A stretch of DNA of 64,000 nucleotides from a virus, in IMG/VR virus record IMGVR_UViG_3300020042_011666, positions 32,001-96,000 of that record; one strand, 5' to 3'. A model generated the notes under the pieces. The model made no database searches and was not told the DNA's origin. It saw only the letters and a program-made list of their open reading frames with translations. Below are positions 47,470-57,146 of the stretch, one piece after another. The position numbers and the translations under genes were made by a program. Each line of letters starts with the position of its first letter. Position 1 is the stretch's first letter.

Positions 47470-48843
47470 TTAATAATTTGTAGGGTTAAGTTCAAAAAAT
47501 CTTTGTGATAACATAGACTTATCAACGGAGTCAATTTGGTTAGAATAGGCACTTTGTTTTTGTTGAGGTTCATCTTCTTCAAAGTTTTCACCTAATATAT
47601 CAAAATGTCCTGTAGTAGTATCAATTTTTGTATTGAATGTTAAACCATCCATGCCATATCTGTTTTTCATAATGTGAAATCTTCCTAGTCCACTAACTTT
47701 ATCTTGCCGTTTACGTGATAAGGATATAGCAACATCAGCAATCATAAGTTTATCATATGAGCCGGCCGCTTTATCGCCTTCAATAATATCGTCTTTTGCA
47801 CCAGCTCGGTTTACTTGTGAGGCAGTCCAAACAGGGATATTAAGTTGTCGGGCAAGACTTTTAGTACTGATATAAATATCATCTATCTCATCTTTCCGTT
47901 CTTTATTTTTGCGAAAAGATGAAAGAAGATCAACATAGTCAATAATAACTAAATCTGGCTTCATCTCAGAGTCAGAGCACTTCTGGATGTGTGATTCTAT
48001 TGTAGAAATTGATGCTTTTCTAGGCGCGTATTCTTTAATAATTAACTTACCTGGTAAGGCATCTATGGCAGTTTGTACTTGATCTCTGTGGTTATGTACT
48101 TCAGCAACACTAACTCCTGAAAAATAAGCATCGTACCGTTTACCTACATATCCTTCACCTAATTCTAAGGTATAGTGAACAACATTAAATCCTAATTCAA
48201 CAGCGTGTGCACCCATAGCAATAAGGCACCAAGATTTACCACCACCTGGTGAGCCAAATACGATTCCTAAATCGCCATTACCTAAACCATTTTGTAATAG
48301 TTCATTAAATCGTTCAAAAGGAGTTGGAATAACACTGCGGTGTTCGTTTCGGTAACGTGACTCGATATCTTTGACATACTCGTGGCCAATATTTTTGTCT
48401 TGACCCGCTTTTAACGCGCTATCAATGAGGAAACGAATGGAATCATAGTCCCCCATGTTCAGCATCTCTACACTTGAAAATAACGCATTTTTTAATTGTT
48501 GGTTTTTGCAAAAAGTAGCAAATTCTTTTTCAACATATTCAATATCCTCAGCAGCCTCAAATGTTCTATAACATTCTCTTAATTGTTCAACTAGGGAAAC
48601 TTTTAGAATTTCATTTTCAATCTTTTTAACTTCAACCTGGAAGTACTCAAGGCTAGGGACTGTGTGGTATTCTTGATAATATTTTAAGGTTTGTTGAATT
48701 AACCATTTGTGTGATGAGTTATCAAAATATTCATCTGATAAAATATCATGTATTGTCTGTAAGAATTTTTTATCATTCAATAAACAGGCAATTACTTTGG
48801 TTTGGAATCCTGTCCCATACTGTGCTAAACTTCCTAACGTCAT
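47470..48843 (-). CDS. replicative helicase (DnaB/gp41-like)
   Basis: GSPGGGKS, YTLEL, IIDYVD, ASQVNR and KNRYG motifs. Confidence 0.93.
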   Translation of the reverse strand: MTLGSLAQYGTGFQTKVIACLLNDKKFLQTIHDILSDEYFDNSSHKWLIQQTLKYYQEYHTVPSLEYFQVEVKKIENEILKVSLVEQLRECYRTFEAAEDIEYVEKEFATFCKNQQLKNALFSSVEMLNMGDYDSIRFLIDSALKAGQDKNIGHEYVKDIESRYRNEHRSVIPTPFERFNELLQNGLGNGDLGIVFGSPGGGKSWCLIAMGAHAVELGFNVVHYTLELGEGYVGKRYDAYFSGVSVAEVHNHRDQVQTAIDALPGKLIIKEYAPRKASISTIESHIQKCSDSEMKPDLVIIDYVDLLSSFRKNKERKDEIDDIYISTKSLARQLNIPVWTASQVNRAGAKDDIIEGDKAAGSYDKLMIADVAISLSRKRQDKVSGLGRFHIMKNRYGMDGLTFNTKIDTTTGHFDILGENFEEDEPQQKQSAYSNQIDSVDKSMLSQRFFELNPTNY

Positions 48844-48846
48844 AAC

Positions 48847-49887
48847 TTACTTTCTAAAACTATTTAATACTTTAAAATTTTCTGGTAACCAGTAACTGAT
48901 GTTTTTTAAGATATTTCCTAGACCATCCTCATTACATAAATGGGTAAATGAGGGAATGTCTAAAGAAGGTACTTGTTTATCAATTACTTCCTTGAGTATA
49001 CGAATCTGACTTTCATCTACCAAAGGATTCTGTAAATCCATTAACTTATAATTAATGCGTAAATTGTTCTCTTCAAACACTATTCGGGAATATACAATGT
49101 GTTCTTTATACTTTTCGGCACTAATGCTAAGGATATCATCTAATGATAAAGTACGATCAATTAATTCTGGGAATTTTTTAAGTAATCCTTTTTCACCTAG
49201 ACCTTTAATGCCCTGGACTTGGTCAGATTTATCTCCTAATAATGTTTTATAAATGATAAAATTAGATGATAATATTCCAAATTTTTCTTTTACAGTATCA
49301 GGGGTATAAAACTCTTTTTCAGTTGGACGGTATACAGTAATATTTTCATTTACTAATTGTATAAAATCTTTATCGCTAGATACAATTACTACTTTAGATT
49401 TGCCTAAATTATGATAATAAATAGCTAAATACGCAATAACATCGTCGGCTTCGGCCTTATCTAGTGAAATTATATTAACAGGTAAACAACGTAAATAATG
49501 TATTAATCTAGATATTTGGTCAACTTTAGCATCATTTTCTTCCTCTAAACTATCAAATATATCCCAATTTGTAATTCGAGTAATGTTACGATTTGATTTA
49601 TACTCGGGAAGTAGGTTCTTCCTGTTAAGAGAAGAACCCATTCCGTCAAATACTACGTAAACTGAGGTTGGTTGGTTTAATTTAATTAAAGAACCTAGTG
49701 AACGAAGAAACCCTCCTAATCCACCAATATGTACTCCATTTTGGTTTACATAATTGATCATAGCAAAGTTTCTAAAAAATAGATTTAAACCATCTATTAA
49801 TAATACTCTACTATTTTGGTCAAATGAATGTACTGTTTCCTCTTGCTTTATGTTATCAAGCAGCTTAAGTAGATCACTATTCTTCAT
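48847..49887 (-). CDS. 5'-3' exonuclease / RNase H (FEN-like)
   Basis: IDGLN, VFDG, YKSNR, EADD, SSDKD and GDKSD..GIKG motifs. Confidence 0.93.
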   Translation of the reverse strand: MKNSDLLKLLDNIKQEETVHSFDQNSRVLLIDGLNLFFRNFAMINYVNQNGVHIGGLGGFLRSLGSLIKLNQPTSVYVVFDGMGSSLNRKNLLPEYKSNRNITRITNWDIFDSLEEENDAKVDQISRLIHYLRCLPVNIISLDKAEADDVIAYLAIYYHNLGKSKVVIVSSDKDFIQLVNENITVYRPTEKEFYTPDTVKEKFGILSSNFIIYKTLLGDKSDQVQGIKGLGEKGLLKKFPELIDRTLSLDDILSISAEKYKEHIVYSRIVFEENNLRINYKLMDLQNPLVDESQIRILKEVIDKQVPSLDIPSFTHLCNEDGLGNILKNISYWLPENFKVLNSFRK

Positions 49888-50959
49888 CCGTTAATCCCAA
49901 AGGGATATCACGCGTTGACTCATCCCAATCTGAAGTATCTTCAATAACATCAAATTTACCATCACCTAAAATATTTTTCCATTCGCTAGAGTGGGCTTTC
50001 TTATAAGTATCGATATCTTTTTTATCATCTTCAATAAAACCATGTATAGTGGCAATTACAACACTCTTAGTTTGTAATCCTGTAACGTGGTTTTTATCAC
50101 AAGATACTTTGGTTCTTACAGCAAATTCAACTTCTTTACCGTCTTTAGTTGCTTTAATTTTACTAGTACCACTATTAGTGATATTACCAAAAGTTAAAAC
50201 AATAGATGCATCCAAAAACATAGTTTCACCGTTTTTCATTTTCATTTTAGGTTGTGCCATAATGTTTTCGGCAGGGGCAACCCAAATTTTATTGATAGCT
50301 ACCATTGTATTAGTATAAGGTGCTGTTTCTTTTCTAGATAACGGAAAACGTTGATTAATAAAATTACCAAATTGTTGAGACATTGCTCCTGCGTTCCACA
50401 TTGGGTTGTTCTTATTTTGTTCAACACTCATTTTACATGGTATTGAACCAATTGAATCCCAGAAGAAACATAAATCATAAGGTAAATTACCTTTTTTCTG
50501 TTCATCTAACAAATCGGCAATGAATTCAGCTACGTCTTCAATTGTACCTAAAGATGACCTATCTTTGTAGATAAAAAATCCATTATGGTCAGTTACCTCA
50601 CCTGTTTCGGGATCAATAACATCATTTAACTGGAAGCCCATTATTCTAGCGTGTTCCCAAGACCATTTCATTTCAGTAATGATGAATACGGGTAAAATGT
50701 TCATTTTTTGAGCGCTAATAGCTAACTCAAGCAATGCTGTAGTTTTACCTGTGTTACTATGGCCTCGTAACAACGTAATGTGTCCCATTGGGGCTCCAAC
50801 AACCGAAATTGATTGTTGGAGTGCATTTGAAAAGGGAATCCACCTTTGTTCCTTAAATTTTACGTTTGTGTTAAGAAGTTTTTTCTCTTTAAAACGCTCA
50901 AGGTCAAAGTTTCCCTGGATTTCTGAGGCTACAGCCTCAGTTAGTGATTTTTTGGCCAT
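49877..50959 (-). CDS. RecA/UvsX-like recombinase
   Basis: GHSNTGKTT, ITE, WDSIG and KNH motifs. Confidence 0.8.
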   Translation of the reverse strand: MAKKSLTEAVASEIQGNFDLERFKEKKLLNTNVKFKEQRWIPFSNALQQSISVVGAPMGHITLLRGHSNTGKTTALLELAISAQKMNILPVFIITEMKWSWEHARIMGFQLNDVIDPETGEVTDHNGFFIYKDRSSLGTIEDVAEFIADLLDEQKKGNLPYDLCFFWDSIGSIPCKMSVEQNKNNPMWNAGAMSQQFGNFINQRFPLSRKETAPYTNTMVAINKIWVAPAENIMAQPKMKMKNGETMFLDASIVLTFGNITNSGTSKIKATKDGKEVEFAVRTKVSCDKNHVTGLQTKSVVIATIHGFIEDDKKDIDTYKKAHSSEWKNILGDGKFDVIEDTSDWDESTRDIPLGLTDEE

Positions 50960-50961
50960 AG

Positions 50962-51774
50962 TTAGAAGGGTAGATCATCATCATCGCCAAACAAAGAGTC
51001 AAATTTGTCTGTTTTGCTTTCTTTAGGAGTTAAAGCATAATTTGGCTTCATAGGCTGTACAACTTCTTCTTCCTCGGCTTCAACTGTAGATGCAGGAGCT
51101 GCTTCCTCAGGATTTAACCACTCTTGCAACAAACGCTTCATTTCATCAAACTCATAACGCTTGTACAAGTCAGTTGGGCTAGGTTGTTCGACTAGCATTT
51201 TCTCAGCTGCTTCTTTGTTTTCAACTAAAGGTGTTTGTTTAGTTTTAACACGAATAGATGATTTGTTGTAGGCAGTACCAGTAACATCTGGTCCAACTGT
51301 GTCTACAGTAATGTCTCTACCTTCATAGATGTCAGTGTAATCCCCGATATCCTCATCATCCGCAATTGATAAGAATTCTAGGTACAATTCTTTACCAAAT
51401 TCCCACAAACGAACACCTAAATGCTCTTCACCACGAACAATTACGGGTGCAAAAATACGCATTTTAGGATCTAACTTTTTAGCTAATTTCCAATTTTCCT
51501 TGTCTTGAGATTGACGGAGTTGTTTTGCAAACTCAACAATAGGATCTTTGTCGCCAAAGTTTAGGGGAGAAATCATTGTACGGTTTCCAATTCCATAGTG
51601 GAAGTACAATTCTTTAAATGGGTTCGTTTTATCGAACGCGGAGGGGACGATTCGGATAACCTGTTTACCAACCGAAGGTTTCCAAAAGAATTTTTTGCGA
51701 TCTTCGCCCGAGTTTTTCTTACCGGGTTTCTGCTGCATGGCATTTAGCCTCTGTTTAATTTGGTTTAAATCCAT
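50962..51774 (-). CDS. single-stranded DNA-binding protein (gp32-like)
   Basis: FWKP...IRIVP, GRDI and acidic DDDDLPF tail. Confidence 0.8.
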   Translation of the reverse strand: MDLNQIKQRLNAMQQKPGKKNSGEDRKKFFWKPSVGKQVIRIVPSAFDKTNPFKELYFHYGIGNRTMISPLNFGDKDPIVEFAKQLRQSQDKENWKLAKKLDPKMRIFAPVIVRGEEHLGVRLWEFGKELYLEFLSIADDEDIGDYTDIYEGRDITVDTVGPDVTGTAYNKSSIRVKTKQTPLVENKEAAEKMLVEQPSPTDLYKRYEFDEMKRLLQEWLNPEEAAPASTVEAEEEEVVQPMKPNYALTPKESKTDKFDSLFGDDDDLPF

Positions 51775-51795
51775 AATAACTTTTATTTACATCAT

Positions 51796-51829
51796 AACAT
51801 ACAAAAAAAGGCTTGTTTTACCAAACCTT
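51796..51829 (-). terminator. intrinsic terminator overlapping class-1 promoter
   Basis: AAGGTTTG-GTAAAA-CAAGCCTT-TTTTT containing TTTGG-N18-GTATGTT. Confidence 0.65.
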
Positions 51830-51840
51830 CTATTATTTTT

Positions 51841-52140
51841 TTATTGAGCTTTTTCTATTTCATATCTAGGTTCCTCATAACCTATAGTTCTATTTATATA
51901 GTCGTCAAATGAATAAGTATTAAGAAATTCTTCTTCAGATAACTCAGTATCTTCATTGTCCCACATTGGCGCCCAAATATAACCAAGAGCTGCGTCTTCT
52001 GCTTCTTTTTTAGTACGAAATACTTCTACATCTGCGTCACATTCTCTATCAATATCCCAAATTGTTTTTAGTATGTATATTCCCTTAATTCCACCAGGTA
52101 TAACTTTTATTTCATTTAGTATGTCAATTAGTTTAATCAT
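51841..52140 (-). CDS. acidic hypothetical protein with MIKLIDILNE leader
   Basis: 99-aa ORF. Confidence 0.6.
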   Translation of the reverse strand: MIKLIDILNEIKVIPGGIKGIYILKTIWDIDRECDADVEVFRTKKEAEDAALGYIWAPMWDNEDTELSEEEFLNTYSFDDYINRTIGYEEPRYEIEKAQ

Positions 52141-52586
52141 AATTCAACAATTTTGTAGATTTTAGTTCGTAGTTGTTTTAACTCATCGTGCTGAGTGAGT
52201 AAAATTGTATTTTTATAGTGTTGCCAATTAATTCTATAATTTATATCAACAACACCATCATTTAATTTTTTAATCAATTCATTTAATGCATTAATTGTAT
52301 ATAACGTATTTGATTCTTTTTTACGGTGTACTAAAATAGTATTATATGGAATTTCATCAATTTCTGTTTCCATAATGTTGTAAGTACAAACGTACTCGTT
52401 ATTACTTTTTATATATAAAACAAATATTTTATTGTATGCAATTGTATAATAATTCTTTATATCCTCTATAAATCCATCAATTTGTTGTTCTTCAACAAAC
52501 GAGCAAAATAACTTATTGGTAAGCGCCATATCTTCAGTATGGCTATAAATATCATAGGGGACGAAGGTTGTTGTAGTTAATTCCAT
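52137..52586 (-). CDS. hypothetical protein
   Basis: HRKKESNTLYTINALN motif; true start may be 52529, after the ATATTTAT motif. Confidence 0.7.
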   Translation of the reverse strand: MELTTTTFVPYDIYSHTEDMALTNKLFCSFVEEQQIDGFIEDIKNYYTIAYNKIFVLYIKSNNEYVCTYNIMETEIDEIPYNTILVHRKKESNTLYTINALNELIKKLNDGVVDINYRINWQHYKNTILLTQHDELKQLRTKIYKIVEL

Positions 52587-53829
52587 GTTGTGTTTTTACT
52601 GTTAATCCTTGTTGTGTAAATATGTTGTGTATATCGTTTAATAATTCATCCCCATCGCTTTCCGCATAATCAAGCAAAATAGAATCATATACATATAGTA
52701 TAGGTTTTGTTTGTTTTCCTTTTAATAATTCAATTATTTTACGCAATATGGTAGCGTTAAGCGATGTTTCATAGTTTTGAAGTATATAATTAAACAATTT
52801 ATATGGGTTAGGGTTGTCGATGTTTTCAAGGCAATAACTTGAAAACGGCACGATAAATTTGCCTGAGTTATTGTAAAGTCTCCAGTTATTGTCTATATAT
52901 TCTTTGCATTTAGCAAAGAAGGGTATGTCTAGATATTGTTCTTGGATACCCCCATATAATTGTCTAAATACATTTTCTTTACCTACTTGCTCATATAATT
53001 GAGAAATATCAAAATCACCACCAATTAATTTATTGGCTAATGTAGGGTGATAAGATGAAATGTCAAATTCAACTAAGTAATCGTTTTGAGCAATAAACGA
53101 CTTACGGGCGCCACTTTCTTTATTTAGGGCAGCAAAATTAATGCCATTAAAGCTATTAGATGGTCTCCTTGTTGTTGTGTAAAGGTTGTATTGAGTAAAT
53201 ATTTTATCATCGCTGATTGAATAGGATTCATATAGTATTTCATAAAATTTATCAAGGTCGTGTTTATCAATTTTTATTCCATTTTTTTCAATCATGTAAA
53301 AAACAGGAGCAACATTATTGTTATAAAAATGAAAATGGGGTGGTTTATCCATAAATAAAACGGGTTGAATTTTATCGTAAATTAATTCACAACGTTCATA
53401 GTGTTTTACAATAGGGATAATTTTGTTTATATTATCTCGTTCTCCGTATTTCTGATAAAAAAACTGGTGGACTGGGGTATTAAAGTCTAACTTTTCAATG
53501 TTAGATATAAAGTTTATGTCCTGAATGTTGTGGTGTTTGAAATGATATAGTGCTGCTTTTTTATCTCGCACATATATTGTGTCAAAGGAATCGAATAATT
53601 CTTTTAATAGTTTAATGTTGACCGAAAATGAATCGTTGTGGTCAATAGGGAACATAAATCCCTTTTTATATCCTACAGGACGAACATAAAATAAACAAGG
53701 AGTGGTTAATGCGGGATGATAATTATCATTATTTTGGATAATTTCTACAAATACCTCACTAATGTCTTTATTTTTATTGACATCAATAAAGTATTGTAAT
53801 TGTTTATTATTTTCGACGAGCCAAAACAC
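52552..53829 (-). CDS. family A DNA polymerase-like protein
   Basis: TTRRPS, EFDISSYHP (motif A), KENVFRQLYGG (motif B), FNYILQ, YVYDS (motif C). Confidence 0.75.
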   Translation of the reverse strand: MFWLVENNKQLQYFIDVNKNKDISEVFVEIIQNNDNYHPALTTPCLFYVRPVGYKKGFMFPIDHNDSFSVNIKLLKELFDSFDTIYVRDKKAALYHFKHHNIQDINFISNIEKLDFNTPVHQFFYQKYGERDNINKIIPIVKHYERCELIYDKIQPVLFMDKPPHFHFYNNNVAPVFYMIEKNGIKIDKHDLDKFYEILYESYSISDDKIFTQYNLYTTTRRPSNSFNGINFAALNKESGARKSFIAQNDYLVEFDISSYHPTLANKLIGGDFDISQLYEQVGKENVFRQLYGGIQEQYLDIPFFAKCKEYIDNNWRLYNNSGKFIVPFSSYCLENIDNPNPYKLFNYILQNYETSLNATILRKIIELLKGKQTKPILYVYDSILLDYAESDGDELLNDIHNIFTQQGLTVKTQHGINYNNLRPL

Positions 53830-53849
53830 TTGATATAACCTTTTATCTT

Positions 53850-53879
53850 AATATACGATAAAAGATTTAAAAGATCAAA
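53850..53879 (-). promoter_or_regulatory. class-1 promoter motif
   Basis: TTTGA-N18-GTATATT at the structural/replication module boundary. Confidence 0.65.
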
Positions 53880-53907
53880 TTTTTTAAATTAAAATTATTC
53901 GTGTTAT

Positions 53908-54198
53908 TTAAAAAGAAATCCAGAACTTTTCTTTGTTAGCTATAAGATCACTATAATCTAAAAAAGGATATTGATTTTGAAGCATATCTAATGCTAACTC
54001 AAAAGCACGTTCATATTCATCTCTATAATCTAAATCTAATCCTTCTTCTTCAGCTATATCCTTTATATATAAGTACATATATTCTTCTTGATTTATTTTA
54101 GGACCTACTTTTCCAGGTATAGCTTTAATTTCCTCTAAGCGAGAATTTTCAGTTAATTTGTTTTCTATTAAGAATTGTGTTAAATTAAATTTATCCAT
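53908..54198 (-). CDS. acidic hypothetical protein
   Basis: FNLTQFLIENKL leader; EIKAIPG. Confidence 0.6.
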   Translation of the reverse strand: MDKFNLTQFLIENKLTENSRLEEIKAIPGKVGPKINQEEYMYLYIKDIAEEEGLDLDYRDEYERAFELALDMLQNQYPFLDYSDLIANKEKFWISF

Positions 54199-54199
54199 G

Positions 54200-54571
54200 T
54201 TATTTAACTATAAATACCTCGTCACCAATTTTTAAAGTTTCAATGGTACTTAAATGTATCATTCGAAAATCGCGTTTTGCTAAATCATATACGGGCAGTA
54301 CTCCTTTTTGGAATGGATCATAAGGTAATTTTCCACCTCTTAATGCGTTTCTATAAATAGGGGATTCTCTAGTTACAGCAGTCATAACTCGTTTTTGTCC
54401 ATTTTTCTTTATAAAAGTTACAGAGAATTTTTTTCCCTTAGTCATTACAATTTTATCAAGTGCCTCTTGCTTAGTAAGTGCTGCTTCTACTTCCTCGTTA
54501 AGGAATTTTTGCTCATACAGCATGTAACGCGCTGATTCTGTTATAATTTCTTTTAATAGGGATTTTTTCAT
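54200..54571 (-). CDS. SH3/Sm-like (WYL_2-like) protein
   Basis: FSVTFIKKNGQKRVM...VYDLAKRDFR. Confidence 0.55.
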   Translation of the reverse strand: MKKSLLKEIITESARYMLYEQKFLNEEVEAALTKQEALDKIVMTKGKKFSVTFIKKNGQKRVMTAVTRESPIYRNALRGGKLPYDPFQKGVLPVYDLAKRDFRMIHLSTIETLKIGDEVFIVK

Positions 54572-55161
54572 CGGTAAAATTCGCTGTAGTTTTTAAAATA
54601 ATTGCTTAAACCATACAATTTTTTTCTTTGTTCTTCAAGAGAGACAATATTTTTATTGGTTTTTGCTACTGTTTCTCGATTTTCCCCGTTAGTTGTCCAA
54701 AGTATGGTAAAAGGAATATAGATAGGCCAATTATATGTGTTGTCTTTACTTAATATTTTATTATAAATATCAGAATTTGTCTCAATAAACTGCAATTCAT
54801 TAGCTTTTTTAACAAAATAACGAGTAAATGATGGATATTGAGGTAATGGTGTAATGTATTTAGGTTCTAATAATGAGTCTAGTGATTGTGGTTTTCCATT
54901 TTGTTGGCGAATAGTATCATAGTCACTTGACAAATATGAAAAATCGTTAGGACTAGGATTAGCCCCACTGCTGTATTCTTTAGTAGATATAGTAACTAGT
55001 TTTTGAGAAATACCATCATTTGGGTTTCTACCACTAAATACTCCGCCAGTACTTACTACATAATAGTACCCTGTGTAAGGTGTGTTAGGGGTAGATTGTA
55101 AAGCATACTTATCCCCATTAGTATATAAATCGGTTACTATTTGTGATTTAGGATAATACAT
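54568..55161 (-). CDS. hypothetical protein, probably baseplate-associated
   Basis: MYYPKSQI...YTGYY; FTRYFVKK; structural context. Confidence 0.55.
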   Translation of the reverse strand: MYYPKSQIVTDLYTNGDKYALQSTPNTPYTGYYYVVSTGGVFSGRNPNDGISQKLVTISTKEYSSGANPSPNDFSYLSSDYDTIRQQNGKPQSLDSLLEPKYITPLPQYPSFTRYFVKKANELQFIETNSDIYNKILSKDNTYNWPIYIPFTILWTTNGENRETVAKTNKNIVSLEEQRKKLYGLSNYFKNYSEFYR

Positions 55162-55163
55162 TA

Positions 55164-57143
55164 TTAGAAATTAGGGACACGATATAAATATAAAGTCCAA
55201 CAGTTACCTGGTTTACTATTATAAACAAAGCTTTGTCCATAGTTGTTCTTTATATCCGATGACCATCCTGAAGGTGATTTTGATCCTACATAGATTTGAG
55301 TATGACCATATTTGCCTTCGTCTCCATCTGAGTCTTCTGAGTAGTAGATTAAAATATCGCCAACGTTGTAATCAATGCTGTTAATTGCTTGTTGGATTTG
55401 AGCTTTATTTAATCCTTCACCTATTAATGCTCCTGTATATTTTAATCCTAGTAAGCTTGGGCTATAGGTTTTAGCAGGTCCTCCAGCCTTGGTTAATGAT
55501 CCTTTTTTAAATATTCTGTTATTACCTGTTCCGGTTTCTCCATACTTAAAATAATTTTGGAAATTTAAAGCAATATTATATGTTCCCTGAGCGCATAGTC
55601 CTTTTATATCTGTAAGAACAATATGATTATCTCTATCAGGGGTAAGCCCAGCAAAAGTAAGATCCCATGCTTTAAATGATTTATTTAATTGAGTTAAGGC
55701 AATGTTATAAGGAAGTTTATTATATTGAGTATTAAGTTTATAGGCTTTACAAACACCTGCAGGGACAATAGATGTAAAATCAATATTTAGTACCTGGATA
55801 GGTTTAATTTTAGCTTTTTCAGCAGCAGTTAAATCTTTTTCTTTTAAGTAAGTTAATGTAGCTAACTTAGTAATCCATTTATGTGTTGTTATCTCATGGG
55901 TAATACCAGTAATTATAAAATTAAAATCATTTTGGTAACTTAAAGGCAATACATCACTAGATAATTCAAACTGTTGAAATATTTTTATTCCACTAATACC
56001 TAACAATTCTACATCTAATTTAATAGGAATAAATGTAGGGTTTGATTGATTTTTTTCCGTAAATTCACCTACTATTGCTTTAAATAAATCTGCTACACTA
56101 GGCCCATTATTATCTTCGTCAGACATTTTTAAATTAACCCTAGCACTATTAGGTGAAGTATTTTGTTGTAAATTTGTTACCAAATTTTGAAAAGCCTCTA
56201 AATTAGTTTTAAATCTTTCTTCTATAGACCCAGTAACTTGGTCTTGAGATATTATTATTTTATCGGGGTATATGCGATCTATTAATCCTCTACTTAAGCG
56301 ACTAAAGCTAGTTGCTTCCTCACCTAACTGGTTTCCGTTTGCTTGAGCGCCAATTGAAATAGCAGATGCTATTTCTGGGGTAACTTGTGATTGAGCGCTA
56401 AGACTTCTAACAAATGATCCCTGAGTATTGTTATCAGGTCCAATTCCTTGGGCTTGTATTAGGGTATAGCTTTGGTTGTTTGCGTATACTTTGGTTAATC
56501 CTTTAATACGATTTTGATTTACATCAATAATAGTTAAAACATTAGGTGTTTCATCCGGATTAATTACTACTTGAAGATCATTTATACCCCCTAATGCTCG
56601 GTTAACATCATTACAAACTGTTTGTAAAAAGTTTCGTAAAGTAATTTTATTTTCTTTATCTAAATTATCAGCAATTACTTGAGATAAATAACCAGTATTT
56701 AAGTATATGTAATTTATATTTCCTATTTGAGGATAAGCATGATTTTGTTCTTGCCCTTTAGGAACATTTGCATTAATTAGTAAATTTTTATTTATATCAG
56801 TTAAATTAGAATCTCTAAAAAAATTAAAAGGATGAAAGGTAGCATAATTTTTATTAGGATTTGATCCATCCTCTATTTTTAATTGCTCATTATACAGGTA
56901 ACATTTAGTTAAGTCTGTAGATATATGACAAGATAAAGCATAGAATGGTTTATCACTTTCCCAATCAATAGAAACTATACCTTCACCATTACTTATTAAA
57001 TTTAAATTTTCAGAGATAAAACGCAATAATGTTTGAAACGAAATATACATTTCAATCCCACCATCGGCATATTCAATATAGTTCATTCCCCTATATTCGG
57101 CGGTTATACTTTTAGTTATAAATTCTGAGTAGTTAATTGCCAT
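55164..57143 (-). CDS. baseplate hub-like protein (C-part) with CHAP/amidase-like tip
   Basis: IPIKLDVELLGISGIKI...ITGITHEI...W late-control D-like motif; GLCAQG...GDIL...YGHTQIY Cys-His pair. Confidence 0.6.
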   Translation of the reverse strand: MAINYSEFITKSITAEYRGMNYIEYADGGIEMYISFQTLLRFISENLNLISNGEGIVSIDWESDKPFYALSCHISTDLTKCYLYNEQLKIEDGSNPNKNYATFHPFNFFRDSNLTDINKNLLINANVPKGQEQNHAYPQIGNINYIYLNTGYLSQVIADNLDKENKITLRNFLQTVCNDVNRALGGINDLQVVINPDETPNVLTIIDVNQNRIKGLTKVYANNQSYTLIQAQGIGPDNNTQGSFVRSLSAQSQVTPEIASAISIGAQANGNQLGEEATSFSRLSRGLIDRIYPDKIIISQDQVTGSIEERFKTNLEAFQNLVTNLQQNTSPNSARVNLKMSDEDNNGPSVADLFKAIVGEFTEKNQSNPTFIPIKLDVELLGISGIKIFQQFELSSDVLPLSYQNDFNFIITGITHEITTHKWITKLATLTYLKEKDLTAAEKAKIKPIQVLNIDFTSIVPAGVCKAYKLNTQYNKLPYNIALTQLNKSFKAWDLTFAGLTPDRDNHIVLTDIKGLCAQGTYNIALNFQNYFKYGETGTGNNRIFKKGSLTKAGGPAKTYSPSLLGLKYTGALIGEGLNKAQIQQAINSIDYNVGDILIYYSEDSDGDEGKYGHTQIYVGSKSPSGWSSDIKNNYGQSFVYNSKPGNCWTLYLYRVPNF

Positions 57144-57146
57144 ATC

